Of a stretch of 64,000 nucleotides of DNA, positions 58,806 to 64,000 are shown piece after piece. Below the pieces are notes generated by a model. That model was not told where the DNA came from. It made no database searches and saw nothing but the letters and a program-made list of their open reading frames with translations. Every line of letters begins with the position of its first letter. Within the stretch, counting starts at the first letter, position 1. This DNA is from Alphaproteobacteria bacterium (lineage in GTDB: Bacteria; Pseudomonadota; Alphaproteobacteria; RF32; CAG-239). A program made the translations under genes and the position numbers. The stretch spans positions 399,055 to 463,054 of the forward strand of contig SUUK01000001.1 in NCBI GenBank assembly GCA_015062535.1, written 5' to 3'.

Positions 58806-59968
58806 TTAATGGTCTTGAGCCGAAACTAAGATTCCCTAATTTTATAGAAAAATGGACACGATTTGAAGCTGAGAATATATTTAAAAATATTACAGACAAA
58901 AATCATCCCACAGATACAGTTCTTACCATTCAACAAGGAAGAGGAACTCTACCAAGAGATTTATCAGGTCGAAATATTTTATATGATAACACAAATACTA
59001 AAAATTATAAAAGAGTTCAATTTGGAGATTTTATTATTCATTTACGTTCTTTTGAAGGCGGATTGGAAATGGCTAATGAACAAGGTATTGTTAGCCCAGC
59101 ATACACTATTTTAAGATACATCAAGCCCATTGCATTTGGTTTTTATAAAGCTTATTTTAGGACAAATGAATTTATAAATCATATATTAAGTAAGTCTGTT
59201 GAAGGAATTAGGGATGGCAAACAAATCAGCTATGATGCGTTTAAATGGTTAGCTATTCCATATTGTCAATTAGAAGAACAACAAAAGATTGCTGATTTCC
59301 TTTCGCTCGTTGATCAACGCATCGAAAAACAGCGGCAGTTGGTCGAGAGCTTAAAGAAGTATAAAAGAGGGTTGTTTTTGAAGCTTTATGGTAGTTTTGA
59401 AAAAAAAAGCTACAAAATAAGCGAGTTAGGAAAATATTGTGCCACAGGTACATTATCAAAAGACGATATTGATGTTTCTGGAGTGTATCAATGCATTTTA
59501 TATGGGGAACTTTTCACAAAATATGGAGAAACAATCCGTCAGGTTATCAGTCGGACTAATGTCACTCCAACTTACTTAAGTAGCACTAACGAAATTTTAT
59601 TTCCATCTTCAACCACAGCCGATGCCTTGTCACTAATATTTCCATCATCGTTAAAAATAGAAAATATATTCCTCGGAGGGGATTTATTTACAATTAAACT
59701 TAAAAATGAATTTGACAGCGATTTTATAAGTTATTTAATAAATTTTGTGTATAAAAATACTTTTGCCCGTTATGCCCAAGGAATTACAATTATTCATTTA
59801 CACTACACGGATATCAAAGAACAAATAATCGATATACCGGATATAGTTGTTCAGCTTAAGATATCGGATATAATGAAAAAAATTGAAGCCATAATTGAAA
59901 ATAATGACAATGAATTAAACTCACTATTACTTATGAAAAAAAGTTTTTTGCAACAAATGTTTATATAA
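58799..59968 (+). CDS. silent hsdS cassette C' (two TRDs; no start codon for the first 88 codons)
   Basis: The frame opens with NGLEPKLRFPNF. The central repeat is at 59273-59390 and the C-terminal FLQQMFI palindrome is shared with the expressed hsdS. Confidence 0.75.
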   Translation, partial: SPINGLEPKLRFPNFIEKWTRFEAENIFKNITDKNHPTDTVLTIQQGRGTLPRDLSGRNILYDNTNTKNYKRVQFGDFIIHLRSFEGGLEMANEQGIVSPAYTILRYIKPIAFGFYKAYFRTNEFINHILSKSVEGIRDGKQISYDAFKWLAIPYCQLEEQQKIADFLSLVDQRIEKQRQLVESLKKYKRGLFLKLYGSFEKKSYKISELGKYCATGTLSKDDIDVSGVYQCILYGELFTKYGETIRQVISRTNVTPTYLSSTNEILFPSSTTADALSLIFPSSLKIENIFLGGDLFTIKLKNEFDSDFISYLINFVYKNTFARYAQGITIIHLHYTDIKEQIIDIPDIVVQLKISDIMKKIEAIIENNDNELNSLLLMKKSFLQQMFI

Positions 59969-61217
59969 ACATCTGCTGCAATAATCCTTTTTTACATTTT
60001 TCTAGTGTGTCCAAATATTTATTATGTTGGTCAACATAACTATCAACTTTTCTTAATACTTTTGATATTATTAATTGTTCATCATAACAAGGTACAAAAA
60101 TTTTTGTAGGCTCTAGAATTGAAATATAAGAACGTTGGTGACTTTGCGGCATAAGGTTGAGTGAAAGAAGTAAATTGTACATAAAATATAAATCATTAAA
60201 ATTTTTGCACGTTAACATTTTTATAGTAGATGACTTAACCTTAAAACTAAAATCAACAAATTTAAAATCCATCGTAAAATCATCATATATTATAGTTTCA
60301 CCTTTAGAGTACACTCCTGTCTCCTCATTTGTGTACCCTAGTATAAATGCTTTATTTGCAGTTAGTACTGGTGTTTTATATTCATCATTGTAATTTTCGG
60401 AAAAAACAATATATTTCTGTGGTTGTTCATAATTAAGAACATCCGCCACAGTTTTTAATTCCCAATCGGGAAAATTATTTCCATTATCATCTTTAAATCT
60501 GATTTTTCTATCAAAAATAGCGGATAACAACCCTCTTTTATACTTCTTTAGGGCTTCGACCAGTTGTCGCTGTTTTTCGATACATTGGTCAACGAGCGAA
60601 AGGAAATCAGCAATCTTTTGTTGTTCATTTATATCTGAACTTAAAAAATGTGTGGTAGCAAAAAAATCATCTGTTGGAACATTAAGGAGACCATGGTTTC
60701 TTGCTCCTTCTGCCGAAATAACATAGATTTGACGATACCATTTTAATGAATCAAAATAGTGCTTAATATAATCAGAACAATGTTTTTTCAGAGAAAAACA
60801 AATATAGAGAGTGGATAATGCCCCCATTTCGTATCGTTCTAATCTTTTTATTGATCCAAAATCATAACCATTAGAATAACTTTTATTATATGCAAATTCT
60901 CCATTTTTTAGAAGGTAATAACCGGACATATCTTTGCTTGATACTTTTTTATTAAAGAATGTAACTTGATCAACTAAACCATCTTTGGAAGATATTGTTA
61001 AAGGCAATTCTGTTTCATTGTTGCTATTTTTTCGCATAATTCTTGAAGTGAAGTCTGATAGTTTTTCCTGCATCCAAGGATGAGTGAACTTTCGAAATCT
61101 TAATAAAGGAAACTTCGGTTCAAGACCATTACTTGAGGATACATTTTCGGAAAAAAAAGAAGAATTTTGCGTATCTTGATTTTCGCCATTTGGCACTTTA
61201 TTTTCGATATTTTCCAT
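59961..61217 (-). CDS. hsdS: Type I restriction-modification specificity subunit (expressed copy)
   Basis: ATG with GAGGAG RBS lies 3 nt after the hsdM stop. It has two TRDs flanking the conserved central repeat. Confidence 0.85.
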   Translation of the reverse strand: MENIENKVPNGENQDTQNSSFFSENVSSSNGLEPKFPLLRFRKFTHPWMQEKLSDFTSRIMRKNSNNETELPLTISSKDGLVDQVTFFNKKVSSKDMSGYYLLKNGEFAYNKSYSNGYDFGSIKRLERYEMGALSTLYICFSLKKHCSDYIKHYFDSLKWYRQIYVISAEGARNHGLLNVPTDDFFATTHFLSSDINEQQKIADFLSLVDQCIEKQRQLVEALKKYKRGLLSAIFDRKIRFKDDNGNNFPDWELKTVADVLNYEQPQKYIVFSENYNDEYKTPVLTANKAFILGYTNEETGVYSKGETIIYDDFTMDFKFVDFSFKVKSSTIKMLTCKNFNDLYFMYNLLLSLNLMPQSHQRSYISILEPTKIFVPCYDEQLIISKVLRKVDSYVDQHNKYLDTLEKCKKGLLQQMFI

Positions 61218-61220
61218 GGC

Positions 61221-62795
61221 TTAATTCTCCTCAGCGAATGGGAAATCCAAACCCAATTCATCAAAGTATGGTTTTAATTGTGCATTGATATCTTTTATTT
61301 CTGCTTGAAGGTTTTTGATTTCTCCAAAAACAGCATTTAAGTCAATTTCTTCTTCTTTTTCAAATGTATCAACATATCTTGGAATGTTTAAATTGAAGCC
61401 ATTTTCTGCGATTTCTTCCATTGTTGCAACGTGGGCATACTTTTCAACATCTTCACGTTTTACGTAGGTTTCCACAATTTTATCGATATCGCATTCTCTT
61501 AAAATGTTTTGATTTTTACCGGATTCATACTCTTTAGATGCATCAATAAATAAAATATTATTTGCGTTAGCATTGCGGTTTTTCTTTAATACGAGCACGC
61601 ATACAGGGATACCTGTTCCAAAGAACAAGTTAGCAGGCAAACCGATAACAGCATCCAAAATGTTCAATTTTTCAATTAAATATTTGCGAATTGTTTCTTC
61701 AGATGAGCCACGGAAAAGAACACCATGAGGAAGAAGAACAGCAATACGACCATCTTCGTCCATGTGATGAACCATGTGTTGCACAAATGCAAAGTCAGCC
61801 TTACTCTTTGGAGCAAGTTTGCCATATTCGTTAAAACGTTCATCTTCCATAAACTTCTCATCAGCTGACCAGTTTGCGGAATATGGAGGATTAGCAACCT
61901 GAACACGATATTTTCTATCTTTGGCTTTTTCTTCAAAATAGTCATGTTCTAAAGTGTCACCATTATAAATTTCAAAGTTGCTGTAGGGGATACCACGCAA
62001 AATCATGTTCATTCTTGCGAGGTTGTATGTTGTAGAGGTTAACTCTTGGCCGTAGTAATTACGGACATTAACATATTTTTTCAAACGCAATAACAGAGAA
62101 CCGGAACCACACGTTGGGTCTGCAGCAGCTTTTACATCTGTCAAACCATGACATGATAAACGGCAAAGCAATTCTGCCGGTGCTGCCGGCGTATAGAATT
62201 CACCAGCTTTTTTACCTGCAGTTGCAGCAAATTGACCAATTAAGTATTCATAAGCATTACCTAAAACGTCAATACGAGTATCTTCAAAGCTGAACTCAAT
62301 TTCATCTAAAGAGGAAATAATTTTTGCCATAACCGTAGAACGGTCTTTTACAGTATGTCCCAGTTTAGTTGAATCTAATTGCATATCAGAGAATAAACCT
62401 TCAAAATGCTCTTGGGAGGCATTGCCGATTGTAGATTCCATTAAAGAGTTGATAGCTTTTTGAAGAAATTCAATATCGAAAGAACGGTTTTCAACCATTT
62501 CCACCATTTTACGGAACAAATACTGTGGTTCGATAACAAAGCCCAAATCACGCAGAGATTCTTCAATAACGGCTTCTTTATATTCCGGATCATTCCAAGC
62601 GTTTTCATAAGAAATGCCATCATCTTTCAAGATTTTGTTCATATACTTTTCTGTGCGGTCAGAAAGGTAATAATAGAATATCATACCCAAAATGTAGTTT
62701 TTAAACTCATAGGCTTCCATGTTTCCACGCAATGCGTTGGCCATAGACCACAACTTATTACATAATTCTTTTTGATGGGCTTGAATATTATCCAT
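61221..62795 (-). CDS. hsdM: Type I restriction-modification methyltransferase subunit
   Basis: Contains the NPPY motif (VANPPYSANW), an AdoMet-binding region, and the HsdM N-terminal domain. Length is 524 aa. Confidence 0.9.
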   Translation of the reverse strand: MDNIQAHQKELCNKLWSMANALRGNMEAYEFKNYILGMIFYYYLSDRTEKYMNKILKDDGISYENAWNDPEYKEAVIEESLRDLGFVIEPQYLFRKMVEMVENRSFDIEFLQKAINSLMESTIGNASQEHFEGLFSDMQLDSTKLGHTVKDRSTVMAKIISSLDEIEFSFEDTRIDVLGNAYEYLIGQFAATAGKKAGEFYTPAAPAELLCRLSCHGLTDVKAAADPTCGSGSLLLRLKKYVNVRNYYGQELTSTTYNLARMNMILRGIPYSNFEIYNGDTLEHDYFEEKAKDRKYRVQVANPPYSANWSADEKFMEDERFNEYGKLAPKSKADFAFVQHMVHHMDEDGRIAVLLPHGVLFRGSSEETIRKYLIEKLNILDAVIGLPANLFFGTGIPVCVLVLKKNRNANANNILFIDASKEYESGKNQNILRECDIDKIVETYVKREDVEKYAHVATMEEIAENGFNLNIPRYVDTFEKEEEIDLNAVFGEIKNLQAEIKDINAQLKPYFDELGLDFPFAEEN

Positions 62796-62810
62796 AATTT
62801 AAATCCTTTC

Positions 62811-64000
62811 TTATTGAAATTTCTCTGCTAAGTTTTTAATGAAATCAACGATGCGTGCAACTAACGACTTTTTCTTTAATAAAGACATCGGTGCCTTAAT
62901 TTTATCACGAATATCGCCGGCGTTGATTACTCCGGAGAACTCATATTCTGAGATTACGTCGCTCAACATTTTGGCATCAACATCCTCTTTTTGAGCGAAC
63001 TCTTGAATTTCTCTGTTTTTCTCGGCATTTTCAAAGTCATTGTAAGCGGCATCAATTTCATCAGCATTATTTAAGCCTCTGACCACTTTGTCCAAGAATG
63101 CTTGTAACAATTCAACTTTACGCATGAGTAATGGATTATCTGCACGAGCCAATTCTTCTTCAATGTGCTTGATATCGTAGTCTTTTTGCTCAGGATCATC
63201 AAAGTGAATGTTTTTAATAAGGTTCATAATATAGGCGACATTAATACGGTTGCTTTCCATTAATTCAATACAGAAATCAACATCATTCAGTACGGAAACA
63301 ACTTCTCTTTGTTTCATGTGTCTATGATAGAGCATCAAATATTTGCTTTTATAATCCTGATACTCTTGGTCGCCCATTTCTAAATCTTCGTTGTCGAAGC
63401 TAAACTCAATAAATGTTCGTAATGAGTTGAGGTATTTGGTCAACTCTCTAAATAAAAGAACGAATTTTAACTGGTCATCTTCACTTTGTAGCGTATCAAT
63501 AGATGATGGCTCCAAAGCGATTTCTCTTATTTTTCGGACAATTTCGTTATATTTTTCTTCAAAATATTTGTATCCAGGGGTTAAAACACCATCGCTTTGA
63601 CCTTGTGAGAATAACGCTATTGCATCGTCTGTCCGTTTTTTTAGGTTGCGGTAACAGATAATAATACCGAATGGCTTTGTTTCTTTTTCAACTCGGTTTG
63701 TACGTGAATATGCCTGTAATAAATCATGGTATCTTAGGTCTTTATCAACATATAATACCGATAGAGGTTTACTGTCAAAGCCGGTTAGGAACATATTTAC
63801 GACAAGCAAAATATCCAACGATTTTGTTTTCTTTCCTTTTACCCGATCGGAAATATCCTTGTGATATGCGTGGAAGGTGTCGGTTGAAAAATTTGTGGAA
63901 TAAATGTCATTATAATCCTTGATAATATTTTCTAAGGCATCTCGGCTGTGTTGGTCGGTTCCTTCGGCATCTTCATTTTGGCCGAAAGAAAAAATACCAC
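62811..64000 (-). CDS. hsdR: Type I restriction endonuclease subunit, C-terminal part (gene continues beyond window end)
   Basis: C-terminal helicase-2/DUF3387-like region of HsdR. The reading frame stays open to position 64000. Confidence 0.8.
   Translation of the reverse strand, partial: GIFSFGQNEDAEGTDQHSRDALENIIKDYNDIYSTNFSTDTFHAYHKDISDRVKGKKTKSLDILLVVNMFLTGFDSKPLSVLYVDKDLRYHDLLQAYSRTNRVEKETKPFGIIICYRNLKKRTDDAIALFSQGQSDGVLTPGYKYFEEKYNEIVRKIREIALEPSSIDTLQSEDDQLKFVLLFRELTKYLNSLRTFIEFSFDNEDLEMGDQEYQDYKSKYLMLYHRHMKQREVVSVLNDVDFCIELMESNRINVAYIMNLIKNIHFDDPEQKDYDIKHIEEELARADNPLLMRKVELLQAFLDKVVRGLNNADEIDAAYNDFENAEKNREIQEFAQKEDVDAKMLSDVISEYEFSGVINAGDIRDKIKAPMSLLKKKSLVARIVDFIKNLAEKFQ

Overview
The window is an AT-rich (about 36-40% GC) host chromosome with Rhizobiales-like gene content. 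That organism guess is tentative and rests on an Omp25/Hbp-type porin tail, an EIIA-Man/HPr pair, a CcrM-like beta-class methyltransferase, and the ihfB/lapA/accD, rsuA/rsmD and gyrA neighbourhoods. It contains three blocks.

(1) Positions 1-20.6 kb hold host core genes and one tRNA-Thr(CGU). The tRNA is flanked by very AT-rich membrane-protein ORFs.

(2) About 21.0-55.0 kb is a roughly 34 kb lambda-like siphovirus prophage with higher GC (about 45-50%). It opens with a small ORF, a DUF2924 protein and a large serine recombinase. Its early region encodes a phage sigma factor, a divergent SAM synthetase (MetK-like) and a ParB-domain/DNA methyltransferase fusion, and carries arrays of palindromic repeats. 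The structural module follows lambda gene order: Nu1, A, W, B, C, D, E, FI/FII, Z, U, V, G/GT, H, M, L, K, I/J. It carries several inserted cargo genes: a Fic toxin on the opposite strand between portal and prohead protease, an AT-rich mini-ORF, and four tandem tail-fibre paralogues plus a fibre-assembly gene. It ends in a holin/endolysin/Rz/Rz1 lysis cassette. A block of small hypothetical genes sits behind three copies of a conserved promoter-leader element.

(3) 55.0-64.0 kb holds host hupB, then a phase-variable Type I restriction-modification locus. The locus is hsdR (5' end outside the window), hsdM, one expressed hsdS, three silent hsdS cassettes in alternating orientation with three classes of inverted repeats, and an adjacent tyrosine recombinase.

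The most interesting features are the hsdS shufflon, the phage MetK plus ParB-methyltransferase module next to a palindrome array, the Fic cargo gene, and the tandem tail-fibre array. All calls rest on reading the sequence and the supplied ORF translations. No database searches were run.
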